This document shows, in pieces, positions 13,322 to 27,733 of a stretch of 64,000 bases of DNA (the stretch's first letter is position 1; each line of letters opens with the position of its first letter). The stretch spans positions 1 through 64,000 of the forward strand of contig MQRK01233895.1 in NCBI GenBank assembly GCA_001938485.1. Direction: 5' to 3'. Below the pieces are notes generated by a model, which saw only the letters and a program-made list of their open reading frames with translations, did not search any database and was not told where the DNA came from. This stretch comes from Girardia tigrina. Taxonomy: Eukaryota. A program made the position numbers and the translations under genes.

Positions 13322-14010
13322 ACATTGTGATCGTAAACTGGCATGTTAAGACTTGTGTAAATTTTGCAACAAATCATGATTTGATTGTACTTTTAAAATC
13401 CGCTTTATGATTTAACAGAGCAGAAAAAACTAGATATTCCACAACGTAAACTAGTGTCTCAATGGGTGACGCAGTTCATCATAACTGGTTGGTATGGAAA
13501 TGCGATACCAGTGGAAGAGGAAAAAAATCGTTTTTTTGACTATTTGCTAAACTTTTTGACATGCATGTTACAAATTCACTTACTCTGTACTGACAATGTT
13601 ACGGAAGTAATGCTCTACCTTCGTTAGAATTCCGTTGAAATAGTGCAGCGATGTATTTGATAACTAACCCAAAAATGTCACTGCCAAAAATCATGAATCA
13701 TATATTGCTGGTGTTAGAGAAGACCCATTTGAAAACCTTGTATCGAAAAGATAAAAAAATTTATGCCAGAAAAAGAAAAAAAAGTATACATATGACATGT
13801 GTGAAATGTTACATACCATTATGACCTGAATGTTTTATTTCATATTATTAAAAACTTTAATACCTTTGAGTAAGTGAAAGTTGTTAAAAATAAAAAGCTA
13901 CAAATATATAAAAATAATTTGAATTATATAAAATATAATGTTTTAAATTTTGCACTACTGCCTTCATTGGGCGCGATAGCATCCCTTACAACCCCTATGT
14001 GAAAGATGAA
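13322..14010 (+). mobile_element. piggyBac-like transposase remnant
   Basis: C-terminal Cys-rich remnant (KRKKS...CVKCYIPL.PECFISYY) at 13770-13850 and a degenerate 'TDN' region upstream. Confidence 0.5.
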
Positions 14011-14880
14011 ATTTAATACAATATCAACAATTAATTTTTTTTGAAGTAATATAAAAACGAAAAGTATAAAAATAAATAAAAATATTTATTTGAGATTTAA
14101 TTGGTCAATCGCATTCAATAAGAAAATCACTGAAATAAATTTCTTTTGATAAAGTAAACATATCTTTTTCTGAAAAAAAATTTAGGCAAAATATTTTTGC
14201 AGAAAATAATAATATAATATTAAATTAACACTGAAATCAAATATTCCATTCATTTCCACACAGAAATAGTAAAGCCAACTAAAACACGCTAATACTAAAA
14301 TGAAATCGAATCTTTGGTAAATAAGCGAAACAAAATTAATGTGTCAAACTGAAATTTCTCATAGAAAAATTTAATGAAATTTAAATAAATATTATTAATA
14401 AAAATTTTTTTTATAAAAACAACCACGTTTTTCAAGCATTACCAATGCACTAAAAAGAGGAAAATAATTTTTTTCTAGACATGTGAGAAATTTTATACCT
14501 ANNNNNNNNNNNNNNNNNNNNNNNNNNNNNNNNNNNNNNNNNNNNNNNNNNNNNNNNNNNNNNNNNNNNNNNNNNNNNNNNNNNNNNNNNNNNNNNNNNN
14601 NNNNNNNNNNNNNNNTTATTAATAATATTATTTAACTATTTTTAGTTATCATTTAGGAATTTTTTTTCAAAATTTTTTTTATCAAATTGTATTGTCATTG
14701 GAAGCAAGCCTGTATAAAACTTCATTCATGAAAAGAAACGAAAAGATTGCTATTTAATACAGTGTATAAATTTGTAGATAATCGTAAGTGGTTTTTTGCA
14801 AAAATAATTAGAAAAAATTATTTTTTTTCAAAATTTTTTTTATCAAATTTTTTATCACGGTTTAGGTGCCGGGAGCAAAA

Positions 14881-15301
14881 GGGGCTTTCCATAAATAACG
14901 TCCCGCAGGAGGTGGGGTGGAGGAGGAGCAGAATTTTGTGACGAAGGAGGAGAAGGTATCTGTGAAATGTTAAATCATATCGAAATGATGCACGTGCTTC
15001 AATCCCATCAATTATTAGTCTGTTTATCAGCTTTTATCATAAAGTTTACTGATGAACAAAAACCCAACATCTTAAAAATCGAAGGTTATACATAAATATG
15101 TAATGGCTTACATTGTTAAAAATTTTATAAAAAAAAATAAGATTTTATCACTTTACGATAACAAAAGGAAAATGTAAGGGTGGAGGAAATATTTGTGACG
15201 TCATATTTAATTGGGGGTCAGGCTTTTTGTGACGAAATGTGATGAGTTGAATGATGGTTGAAAATCTGCTAAAATCACGTGAAGTCATTTATGAACAGCC
15301 C
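14881..15301. mobile_element. MITE
   Basis: Imperfect TIRs GGGGCTTTCCATAAATAACGTC / GAAGTCATTTATGAACAGCCC; internal TTTGTGACG repeats. Confidence 0.7.
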
Positions 15302-15508
15302 TAAAGATCATTTACTGATCAAGATTAACACAGTACAACGAATGTGTTTAAATATCAAAAATAATAATGCACGTAATACATTTGTATTTTATTAATAAAT
15401 ACTTTGTTGACGGTGCGATATTACTTTTATATGATATTTACTAATGAAATTTTGCTAAGACGAGTGAAAAATTTAATTTTATATATTTTATATAATGTAA
15501 ATTATTAA

Positions 15509-15880
15509 TTAAAGAAACTTAATTTTACTATATGACACAGTTAATAGTAAAAAGTTTGTTTGGATATTGGACAGGAAGCCGTGTCTCCAGGATATTTTAG
15601 ATAGAGAAGAATTGTTTTTCATTTTGCATGTCAATTGAAAAGTGCTTTTCATTTTATTGAACAAAATATTCAGCGGAATCCCATCTCGTTTACGCAATTC
15701 AAATGTGGCGACATCCCAACCGAGAAAATGATGACACGCATCTTTATCTGCCGGCGCACTCTTTATCGTTGATATGATGAATTCAGGCACCAATTTTAAA
15801 TTGGCTGAACAAATGACTTTCAGTTGTTCATCTTTATATTGGCTTTTAACTTCACGTCCGAGTTTTTCCCACATTTTCAT
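15509..15880 (-). CDS. 123-aa ORF of unknown function downstream of an LTR-like GT-rich leader
   Basis: ATG-initiated ORF forming a higher-GC island in AT-rich DNA; no recognised motif. Confidence 0.35.
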   Translation of the reverse strand: MKMWEKLGREVKSQYKDEQLKVICSANLKLVPEFIISTIKSAPADKDACHHFLGWDVATFELRKRDGIPLNILFNKMKSTFQLTCKMKNNSSLSKISWRHGFLSNIQTNFLLLTVSYSKIKFL

Positions 15881-16459
15881 TATTTTGTCAATTTATTTCC
15901 ANATATTTAAATCACCATAAAATTATTTTATTCAAATTCGAATCAAGAACTTTTATTTGAAACTTTTATTTGAGAAACAAAGACATTGATTCACCTTTTT
16001 TTAACCGTTTTTGAAAATTGATTTAAAAAATTGTGATAACAATTCACAAATAAAATCCATTCTTCACACACGCACAAATTCAACACATGCATGCAGACAA
16101 TTCATCAATCAGTTACATTAAACAAAACACACATACACTGCATCACACCAAAAATTAAAATAAAAATGAGCCTCACCATTTCATTAACTACTCCAACGAA
16201 ATTTGTGATTACATAATTTTACATTAACACATTTTTACATCAAAAGCAATTGATTGATTTAAAAAAATTATTTACTAGTTCTTTTTTAATTTGAGGAATT
16301 TCCGACTTATTTTATACTTTTCGCTCTTCATTTATTTGCTTGAACAATCCCATTTTTTTTGACCGGAGTATTTAATTTACAATTATTTTATTATTTAAAT
16401 ATTATTTTATAATTTATTAATTATATATATTTTTTGTTTACTTATTTACTTATTTAGGA

Positions 16460-16760
16460 ACCAGAAGGTATATGCGACCTGTATTAATTTGGAAAATGCA
16501 TTTGATAATTTTCCACGCGAAGTTCTGTTGGCTTGCATGAAAAGATTCTTTCTCTTATCAAGGAACTCCATAAGAATTTATTTGCGACTGCAGGAAACCG
16601 TATATTTTCAATGGAAAGATGTGTTAGGTAGGGATGTGTGATGGTTTTTTCAACTTGGTCTTCGATGAAGTAATATACTAAGGATATTCAACGATCCAGT
16701 AGATTTAGAATAATACAGAAATAGTCTAAACGAAAGAGAGCTTCTCTACAAGATGAGGAA
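16460..16760 (+). pseudogene. Degenerate RTE-like non-LTR reverse transcriptase fragment
   Basis: ATCINLENAFDNFPREVLLACMK resembles the RT motif FIDLEKAFDRVPREVLW. Confidence 0.55.
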
Positions 16761-16835
16761 TTCAAACATCTGATCAAAGGAGCCATATTTGAGCAATAAA
16801 AAGAGGAAGTCGAAATTGAGAAAGAATATTCGAAA

Positions 16836-17520
16836 ATGCTTCAGTCGCATATAAAACGTGTAGCTTGCATATTTCTTTCTTGCTTTAAAGAATTTGCTGA
16901 GCACAGGGAACTCACAAGACACATTAAGAATGTGCATATAGCAATTGCGCGGACGACACAGAGAGATGGTAATTCATTCATATGTCCCATGGAAAACTGC
17001 CACGAGAGTTACAAAACTGATATATGGCTACAGCGGCATTTTTTAATTAATCATCGAATTCAAAGTAATGGTCCTACGATCACCAAAGTAGTACAAAGAG
17101 CAAAAACAGAGAGACTTACTGGAACTTTGAACTTGAACACGGAACATGATACGGCAGTGTCTGTCGGTGTAACTGATGAGGACTGTCCAGGAGTAATCCT
17201 TAGTGTGGCCCTGAGGTTTTTGCTGGATAATATAATGGATAGGGAAGTCTCTCACTTCCCGTTTCCATGGTGCACTAAGTGTGATTATACAGCCAAAAGT
17301 CTTCAGAATCGAGGAACGAAGGAACATGACTATTCATTTTTCAGGGGGAAGCAAAAGTGTGCCCGTAGATTGAAAGCTCGCACTCTTGCATCCAATGCCA
17401 TGTAAGACTATTAGAAAACTTTGTGTTTGTCAAATAATTTCTACCCCATACAGAGTCTATGATTCACTAACCTGTGCACCAATGCTGAGTATTATTAGTA
17501 ATACACAGTTATCCGTCACA
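16836..17520 (+). mobile_element. C2H2 zinc-finger ORF, probably the N-terminus of an RLE-type (R2/NeSL-like) non-LTR retrotransposon
   Basis: CIFLSC..LTRHIKNVH, FICPMENC..LQRHFLINH and a third CTKC; intronless and truncated. Confidence 0.55.
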
Positions 17521-17964
17521 GTCGGGAGAGACTTTTGTCAGTATTTTTGGAATTCGATATGACTAAAACTTAGCATATTTTTAAAATATTTTACTTGTTG
17601 AAATTAAGTTTATTCAAAATTTATGGGGTATAATAATATGTATCACAACAATATGTGAACTAAGATTTTGATTTAAATATTTTTAAAATGATTGATTGAA
17701 AAAACATCTCAGTAGCTCTATTAACTCAAGTATGGTTCTAAAATAAAAAATAATAAAATAAATAAAAATAAAAAATCATAATTAGACTCTTTTATTTCCT
17801 TTTTATCTGTCAAAAATGTTTTGTAAGGCTTGTTGGAAAATCTTATCATTGAAAAATTTAGGTTTATTTGATCTGTGAGATTTATCTGTACATCTGGAAA
17901 CTGCCAAGACTTAATTTCGAGTAACGATTATCCTTTAACATTATTGGCGTAACTTCATTTAAAG

Positions 17965-20131
17965 CAGGGGTTCCCAAAGTGTGGTACGCGTACCACAGGT
18001 GGTACGCAGTCGGTGGATAATTTTTTTAAAGTTTAGGCATTACGCAGATGGCAACCTTCTTATAATGTCCTTTTGTAAATACTTTAGTATTGTCATTCTG
18101 GTATCAAATTAAAGCTTACCTTATTTTAAGCTTTTTGGCATCAAGATTACTATTTCCATTCATCATAGTTTCGTCAAAAAACAATTTAAAAATAATTTAT
18201 AAATTTCAAAAATAACATTTAATTAAATATTATATAATCAAATGTGGTATTTAATTTATTTTAAAATTAATGTGTAAAAATAATATTCAATTCATCGAGG
18301 GACGACTATTCAGAGATATTAACCCATGATGCAAAAAAAAAACGTATTGCACTCATAAGGAATTACAATTCAGAATATCTTGCACATGGATTTACGTACA
18401 ATAACAGGAAAATACAACGGAGTTGTTACCCAAATTAAAAAAGTAACCCTTAAGGCAAGATTTGTACATTGCAGCATTCATAGTGAGGCTATTGACACAA
18501 AAAAATGCCAGTGGATTTATCGTCAGTGTTAAATGAAGCAGTGATGGGGGTGAATTATTTAAAATCAAGAGCTATGAACTTAAGACTATTTTTGATTTTA
18601 TATGATGAATTGGGAAGCGAGCATCGTCAACTTTTGCTTCATACCGAAATAAGATGGCTGTATCGAGGGAATGTACTAAAACGCCTTTTTGAGCTACGTT
18701 AAGAAGTTCAAATTTTTCTCTCGAATTGCAATCATGAATTAAGTAATCGCTTCACACTAGAAGTATGACTTTCTAGGTTAGCCCTCGTAGCAGACATATT
18801 TAGCCGTCTCAATGACATCATCATAAGTTTACACGGTGCACATACTACGATATTCCTTGTTCATGTCAAAGTAAAGAGTTTTATAATAAAACCTTGCCTT
18901 CTTCATTAATGAAATTGAGAGAGAGCAAAATTTCTCTGTATTTCCTACTTCGGAAACATTTTTGGTTGAAAATGAAATACCATTAAATATGGCTGTGAGG
19001 AATATTTTAAATTTGGTATGTTGAAATTGGTTTGTTGAGTTTAGTATTTGGAAATGTGTTTCTTCCACCCAAATGGAAAATTGATATTTTAGATGTTCAC
19101 GATAGATATTCGAGTATAATTTACATTTTAAAGTACAGCATAAGATATTTAAAAACATTAAAAATATTAAATCTTTTCTAATTTTCATATTAAAATTTAA
19201 ATAAAATAAATAGTTTTAACTAAGTTTTGAATTAAATAAATGTTCTTTCTTTCCATAAAATAATTTTTAAATAAAATGAATATGTAAATAAAATTAATAC
19301 TAAAATTACAAAATTTGAACTTTAAAAATAAAAGCTGAAAATAATGAAAAATTTGTTCGAATAATTGTTTATTAACAAACAGTAACTAAAAGTTATCAAT
19401 TTAGAACGATGTCGAATTACGAGAGTTTTGCTGAGAGTTATCCAAACGAAAATTCTGATTGTATTGAAAATAAAAGTTCGAAAACCCATGTTGGCATTGA
19501 TGGAAAATATAAAGGAGCATTACATGCAATTCATTCTAGAATTTAAAAAATATTTTCCACAAGATCTTTCGGCAGAATTTTGGATTAGGGATCCATTTGC
19601 TGTCGAAGCCGAAATTTTACCAGAATCACTTACTCTGCGAGAAAAGGAAGAACTGGTCGAGCTCTCATGTGATAGCAGTCTCTCCCAAGAACAGGAAAAA
19701 TAGTTTTGGCTGAATTTTGGATGACAAGGCGAACTGAATATCCACTCATTGCTGACAAAGGTGTAAAATTTCTATTACCATTCAGTGCGACTTGTTTATG
19801 TGAATCGGGATTTTCGTCAATGGTTTATATAAAAAATAAGTTTAGAAATAAATTGAATATTGAGCCGGATTTACGGTTAAAATTGAGTCAAATCAATCAT
19901 GAAATTGAAAAACTGTGTATGCATGGACAAGTACATTCTTCACACTAATAATTTTTTCTATAAATTTCTAATCGCATTCTTCATATTAATAAAGATAAAT
20001 ATTTCTCTATTGTTTCTTACGAGTTTTATTATTTTTTTTTATTAGCATCCAAAGGTTAAAACACAATGGTGGTACATCCACTGAGCTTAGTAGTCATAAG
20101 TGGTATGCGAAAAAAAATTTGGGAGCCCCTG
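17965..20131 (+). mobile_element. hAT (Buster/Charlie, ZBED5/FAM200-like) transposon, degenerate
   Basis: TIRs CAGGGGTTCCCAAA / TTTGGGAGCCCCTG; 8-bp TSD ATTTAAAG (17957, 20132); motifs HCSIH, LLLHTEIRWL, LCESGFS. Confidence 0.93.
18994..19491 (+). mobile_element. Solo LTR (TGTGAGGAATATT family) inserted in the hAT transposase
   Basis: Starts TGTGAGGAATATT; TGGC duplication; removing it restores the frame NEIPLNMA-LMENIKEH. Confidence 0.7.
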
Positions 20132-21278
20132 ATTTAAAGAATTAAAGATTCGAGATTTATTGTTCATATATAAACCACATACTTTAGGTTCGAATATTAA
20201 TTACACTAAATAAGTAAACTGTCAGCCACGATAAACTTAGTTTAGTTCTTAATTATCTATCCACGCTTCATCCATGTTATATATTCTGAGTCTTCAGAAT
20301 TATATTTTAAAATTTCGAAAATAAAATAAAATCAATATTAAAGGCGGGAGCTATCTACAAGAACCAAGAGGATGTTATATTGTTATTTTACCTTTTCATT
20401 AATAGTCAGTTAATAATTGTTTTAATTAATAGTCAGTTAATATAATAATAATGTGAGGAGGTTTTGGAAAAATCATAAATTTTTAGAATTTTTAAAATTG
20501 AAAACTGTAAAAATATATACTTAAACATAATGTATAAAAATTTTATAAGATTTACAGATAAAATAAAAACATTACAATAATTTTACAAAATTACATTTCA
20601 ATATTTTATAAAATATAGTTTAAAATAAATTTAAAAATCTACATAATTTAACCACAAATAATTATTTTACAATGTTTTATCTAAAATTATTTAAACTTAT
20701 AATTATAATTATGTACAATAAACAATTATAAACTATACTAATGTATTAAATCATTATGGTAATTTATAAGGATAATAACCGTGCTATCAGCAGAAAAATC
20801 ATAACTCTCATAATAATACCTTCACATAACAGTTATATGAATACGGCATTATTTTGGGCTTTCACTACCAATTCATTTCAATCCCATTATGTCAGAGGCA
20901 AGTGAGTTGATAAATGAGAAACATTGGTAAATGAAGACAAATATAGATTTCCTAGCAATCAACAAAACTAGGTAACAAATAATAAAATGATAAGTCATTT
21001 ACAAGTCATTTAAATATGAATGTATAGGATTTCCGGAGACTTTTCCGAGGCTATTTAGCCATCATCAATTTAGACTTAACGAGAGCTGTTTTACATTCAT
21101 GGCTTGAGACTCAACAAATTCAAATTTCTAATTTTATAAAACTTGTATTTTTGAGCTCACATTCTATTTTTTTGAATTTCAGTTAAAGTCGCTAACCGTC
21201 GAACTTTTTAATAAAATAACATTTTTACATTCTTTTCATTAGCTAACTTTCTATATAGGTATATATATGTATCCATGG

Positions 21279-21603
21279 ATTTAGAAACCTGTTTTTGAAG
21301 GCCTTTTACTCAATCGATTTTCTTCAAACTTTGCATACTTACTCAATCTCGATGACAATAAATGATTATGTAAATATTTGATTGAAAAAAACTTTTTAAG
21401 ATTCCCGAATGGAAAAAACACGGACAATTCGGAATTCCATAACAATATAAATTGCAAGATATTTACTTATAAATTATAAGTAGTTTATATTATTTTTATT
21501 GTTTTTTTTAATCAAAATTAAATTTTGAAAACTTTGTTGGCCAAGTAGAGTTCAATTTGCATAAAGAATGGGTTTAAAAATTTAATTTTTTGTTTTACTC
21601 GTT
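21279..21603. repeat. Dispersed ~325-bp repeat, copy 2
   Basis: Direct similarity to 930-1253 and 36128-36457. Confidence 0.75.
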
Positions 21604-23136
21604 CTACTTCTTTTTTCCTAATTTAACAACCATTTCATCTATTTCTATTTTGTTTCAAAATTTATTTAAAAAATTAAAATTTCTTTTTTAAAAATTATTA
21701 AGAGAAATTCTTGTTTTAAATTTATTTTTTATTTTTATTCAAAAATTCAATTTAGAAACTCTTTTTTAAATTAAGGTTTTATAAATTATATTTTAAGTTT
21801 TTAAATGATTTAAATCTGGACCAGTGAAATGAAAATTAACTAACCCCTTATATACTATACATTATCCCATTATGTTATACACTCTTAATTGTTTCTATAA
21901 AAATATTCGTTTTTATGTAGAAATTATTAGATTTTATATAGAAAACGTAAATGTAAATTTTAGTACAGTTATTAGAGATTTTTTTAAACTTTGCAATAAT
22001 AAAATTTCATTTCCAACCTTGATCTCTTAAATTTTTAGATTGATCAAACATTTTAAAAATTTTAATGAAAATTTTCAATTTCAAATATGTTTTGTTTTTT
22101 TATTTTAAAGATTTGTTTTAATATTAATTACCAGGTCGTGAATATCCAACCTGTATAAATATTCAACATGTGATTTTTTTTCAGGAAAGAAAATAAATAA
22201 CTGTTAATTATTCACTAAAAGAAATAACTGCTTTGATGAAGATAATTCATTAATACATTAATTCATTAAAATTACTTAATTGCCATAAAAAATAAACTAA
22301 TGATTTAATAATAGTTCATTTCTTTATTAAGTGATGTTATTAAAGGCTTGTATTTTTGCTAAGTATTTTAATAAAATGCTAAGTTTTTTATTATATAAAG
22401 ATAATTCTAAGTATTTAAAGCTCAGATTCTATTCAAAAAACATGAAAAATAGATATATAGATCAAAAACAAAAATTCAAAACACAATGAAAATATAATTA
22501 TTCATTAGAACCTATTTAGTATAATCAATACCTATCTCTGAACGTATCTTCGTAGAATATAAAATTATAATTTACTTTATCATAATTACATTATAAGATA
22601 ATAATATAAATAATGTATAATTTAATAATAATAATATAAGTTAATAATATAATAATAATATACTTTAACAAATATAAATAAAAATGTTATTTGAAATAAT
22701 AAATACAAATAATAAATTAATAAATATATTGAGGGATAAGGTGTTAATAGTAAAAACCGTAATCAATAGATAAAACAGTACCTTTACAATATAACATACT
22801 TTTTGGATTAACTAAAATTTTGGAATTGGAGTTTTTGTACTTCTTACTGAATGCTTTCACTATCGTTTTTACGACGGAGCTGAATGATAAACTTGATGTC
22901 CGATAGAAAATAATACTTAATCTTCCATTATATCTTTTAAACTGTTTTTTGTTTCTTCTTTTTAGTTTCTATCTTTGTATTAATGTATAACCTCAAAGTT
23001 TCAAAAAACAACTTATAAAACTATTACATTTGCCTTTTTTGAAAGAAAGAAACTTTTTGAAAAATGTTACACGATCTAATAATAATCGATGTTTATATGA
23101 TAGCTATTTTCAGATTTATAGCTTGGTATTGCTAAT

Positions 23137-25100
23137 TAGGGTTTATACAAAAACAGATCTTTGAAAAAACCGGTTGCCGGTTGAAGAATTTAATTTATGG
23201 AAATTTCCATTACACTTTTCAAACCTATTACTTGATTTTCTTTTTCGTCACTTAATTCAACATTGCAGTCATTGTCTAATGAATAATTTTAACATAATCT
23301 GGACAGTAGTTGTCCGGATAACTCAATAATATTAGATTTCGAGGCTATTGAAAAGAATTTTCTAGACATTTCTGCCAAAACGGTTTGTGGATTTTGTAAA
23401 TAAAGGAGAAGCGTTACTAATCTAGTTTCTCTTTTCTTCGATACGTATCTTAACAGCATGTAATAACTGGTAACTAATTCCAGTATTTAAACTTTTTAAT
23501 TCAAGTAACAAAAATTCAAATATGCTTTCACTTGTTAATAAATCACGTCTTGTCTTCCTAAGGCCTCAACTGCTAAACTTATTGGTCCTAAAGCTTTAGG
23601 ACGTTGTACAATAATTCTATATTCGGCTTCATGTACATTCTACATGTGAGAAGCATTGATATCATTCAGTGCTAAAGTCACGCATTCTTTTAAATACACA
23701 AATCTTTCTATCATAGCTTCTAAACTATTCTACCTTGTTTGGCAGTCAAGAATCAGGTTTAATTCTTTTCCGTTTTTCTGTTTCACATAATTCTGAAGAA
23801 TGCTATTTCTGACTGGAGATTTTCGAAAATATTTCCAAATTTTTCTAATTTGCGAAATCGAATGTATGTAATTGTCTGATAATACAGGTAATTTATTAAA
23901 ACATTCAATATAAACAAGGTTTAAATCATCGTAGTCATCATCAGAATCATCAGCAGACTCGATATTTTCAGACATCTTGCTTGTAAAATTTGTTTCATTT
24001 TCAACAGGATTTTATTTTTATATTATATATCAGTAACTGCTAAGTATATGGCATGTGAATAACACAGTTGATTAATTATTGGTGACATTTGCCCAAATGT
24101 TTTCATAACAGCAGCACGATCAGTTGTGGCACCAACAATGTCAGTTGCGATATTCAACTGAAACATTTTCAGACTCTTAGAAATTAGTTTGGATGTTGTC
24201 TCAGCATCACAAGAGCATGCTGTCAAAGCTAATCCTAAATTAAAATCTTTTCCAATACTATACACATTGATATTCAACTATCTGCGATTTCTCTTGCATG
24301 TCCATTCATCTATAGTTATTGAAAATTCTTCCCATCCTTCTTCATACCATCTAATTCATTTATAGTTTTATTTTAAACAATTTCATAAAATGAATATATA
24401 AGGTCCATTACTCGAGAATTGTTTTGTGGTAAGAAATATCCCTGTTGTTGCAAAGACTCTCGGATAAAAGAACTTGTTGTAATGCTATTAATTGACAATC
24501 CACTCCGAGCAGCAAGTTTTGACACACGTTCTTCTAAAGTTTTCCTTTGCAGGAAACTTTAGATGCTGGGTTGTTTTGTGGACAATGAGAATGAAAAGTT
24601 TCTTGTGTATCCAATGTTTCTGATTTCTTGTCAGTTAAAATATTATGAACAGTTTTCAGATGATTGTGAAGGCTACTTGTAGATGATCCTTTGCAGAATA
24701 ACAATAATTACTGTGCGTCTTGTCTTTTTCAACCTTCTTGAAATAATTCCAAACATCAGACATTGTGAGCTAAAAAATAAATGTTTCACATGATAATATA
24801 TAATGAAAAAATTACAATAAGATAGTCCAAATTCCAATTATGTATATAATCAATATTATTTAAACAATAAATTTAATTTGTTATAGCATTTTTAAACAAT
24901 TTTCAAAAATTTTCATAAAATTTTCAACATTTTGGAAAAATTTTCTAAAATTCTTTTTTAAATTTATATTATCATTGACAATTATTTTTTTATTATAAAC
25001 TAAAAACCGTTTTTTATCGAAAGAAACAGATTTTCAGTTTCTTTAAATTGCATTAAAAAACCAGTTTTTAAAACCTGTTTTCAAAAACCGACAAACACTA
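23137..25100 (-). mobile_element. hAT (Ac/BED-finger type) transposon, degenerate
   Basis: 8-bp TSD TTGCTAAT (23129, 25101); short TIR TAGKGTTT; MSDVWNYFKK/BED finger, TIDEWT, CYSHAIYLAV, DCQTR. Confidence 0.9.
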
Positions 25101-26059
25101 TTGCTAATATAATTTGGTTCACAATTCGTGCACAATGAATTTTGGGTATGTTTATAGTCTATAATGCTAAAAGATTGACATTTTTTATTTATTTTTTGAA
25201 AATTCGAGCGGTATTTATAAATAAATTTCAGCAGAACCGTGTTTTGAAATGTCCACATTAAGACATGTTTTTGTTACTATTATGTTGTAAGTTTATTATT
25301 TTCTATAATTCTTGTCTTAAAAGACATGATAGTGATTGTTATGGGTTTTTTGGTGAACATAAAATTTTTTGAAAATTTGTCTTGGATCAGAATATCAATG
25401 AACAATATGAAGAATGAACGATATGATCTGAAAGTATGAGATGTTGATGGTAAGAAATTCTTACCGTACATTTTTTGCATAAATATAAATAAAAGCATAT
25501 AATTTCAATCAATCGTGTTAACACTTGAAAATTAATCAATTTACAAAATGTCTCAAAAGAAACAAACAGAATGAGAAATGGTAGAGAAAAATAAAATTCC
25601 GGAGCACTCTGATTCTCGAACAGTGTCAACCTAAAAAATTAACTATAAAAAATTACGTGTTTGACTCGCTCAACCTTGACGATGTGCAAAACCTAGGTCA
25701 TTGTTCCGAGACACAGACCCAAGTGACCATCTGCGTCAAACACCAAATAAGTTTTAATTCCAATCTTTCTTAGTTTTACCACTTTAAACTATGTTTAATT
25801 TCTTAGTTCGTATTAAGAACACCAATTTGATTTTTTATATTTTTATTTAAACAACAATTTTGATTGTCCTCAAGACAATCTTTGTCAAAACTTTCGTACA
25901 TTTTGTTACGGTCCACTATCACTAAATTTCGGTTAAAAAACAAAACACCCATAAATCAAAATACATAAAAGAGAAAAAACACGAGAATACTATTACGCAA
26001 GATATATATATTAAAAACAAGCAATAAAAGCGATAAGTTCATTCGGGACCCCTTTCATG

Positions 26060-26460
26060 TCGCACTGAGAAGAGTTACCGGCCCTGAAACGAAATAATTA
26101 ATTAAAAAATCCGACAGAAAACAAATAAGTCACCTCTTGGACGACCCGTTGTTGTTAAGAGGTCAACCGACCCCCCCCACGTATATCCCATTATAAGACC
26201 AACCCTTGACGAAAACTCACCAGGTCGTGAGATACCCTCATGAAAAGTTATCAACCCTAAAAAGAAAATAATCAATTAAAAACCATACAGAAAATGACAA
26301 AGTTACCTCCAAGGTGAGCCATTAACGTTATAAGACCAACGGACCACCCACTTGTAGCCCCGGAGACGAGGAATCCTTGAAGACCACCCGCAAAGTTCTG
26401 ACACGTTCCCCTGAAAAGTTATACCCCTGAAAAGAAATATAAATTAATTAAAAAGAACAA
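26060..26460 (+). repeat. Degenerate tandem repeat, period ~170-173 bp, ~2.3 copies
   Basis: AAGTTA..CCCTRAAA..GAAAT..AATTAAAAA recurs at ~26082, 26255 and 26425. Confidence 0.75.
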
Positions 26461-27733
26461 AGGTTAATTAAGTGAAACAAAGCACGGTAAATAAAACTTA
26501 CGGTGAATCAGGCCCACAAAGAAAGATCAGCGTTACGCGATGAATAGTCATCGGTGACAAAGGAACCTTGTGACGAAGCAGTTTGGACATGCTGCATGGA
26601 AACTACCCAGCTCGACAAATCAGAGTTTGAAAATAACCAGCCTGGCCAACCAGAAGCAGCCACGATTAGAAGACACCCCGACAAACGAAATGGTGAGTGT
26701 TATAAATACGATATTCACTCACAATTATTTGCACAATTTTTTCACGATTCTTGCAAATTTTCTTGCACAATTTTCTTGCGATATTTGCATAATTTTCACA
26801 ACTTCGACCAAGTTAAAAGAAAACATTCGGAACGTGTGACCAGAACTCGACGCGAAGACAACTACGAAGAAAAGGAACCCCGACTAGGAGACGTACAACT
26901 AGACGAGGACTCGACGCCGTAATTGACGAAAGAGGACGAGCGATAAAAATCTACCTGTAAGTAATCTACCTGCGACGAGCGACCCACAGATGTTTCGATC
27001 CGAGTGACACGCCGACGAAGGAAAGTATCAGACGACCGAGACATTCAACCGGATTCCCGATTTTAACTGTAAATTTTAATGTATTATGTTGATTGATTGC
27101 GGGTTATTAATATTTATCGTTTAATAAACGTCTCGGATAATATTATTACGGTTTTATTTTATTCGGTTCTATTTTATTTTTTTAATTTTTTTTATTTATT
27201 TATCGTAGCTATTTAAGAAGTTTTAATGAACTGTTTGCGTAGTAAACACTTACCTTCCGTACCAGAGTAGGTTCATCCCCGTCGCCGCCGTCACCGTTTC
27301 TCAGTGGGATGCCCCAAGGCGTCATGCGTTTGAGCACTCCGATAGAGCGCATAGAGGATCACCCAGTACCGATGATTAACAACGTCTTTTCGATTTCGAT
27401 CGAAGCGTTTCTTGGGGGGCGCTGTATTGAATCCTTGATCGACATCGTAGGATCGCAGGTTCATCCATACCGAGCGAGATAATCGTGAATTCACACCCCA
27501 ACTTTAATTTGAATTCAAGCGACCTTCGATCGAAATTCATTTATATTATTTCAACAAATATATTTTGGCGCAAATTTTATTCAGAGTTTTCATTTTTGCG
27601 AGAGAGGTTTTTTCGAGTTTTAGTTTTTATATACATACGATTTTATCGTTACCAGTAACTTCACCAGAAATTTAATCCTTATTTTATGAATTCTAGGCAT
27701 AACGTTGTTGTTCTAAAGGAAATTTTACTAATT

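Noticed and set aside
26554-27494. ORFs inside the long LTR-like unit
   Set aside because: No domain motifs; explained by locally higher GC, and they overlap TATA/poly(A)-like signals.
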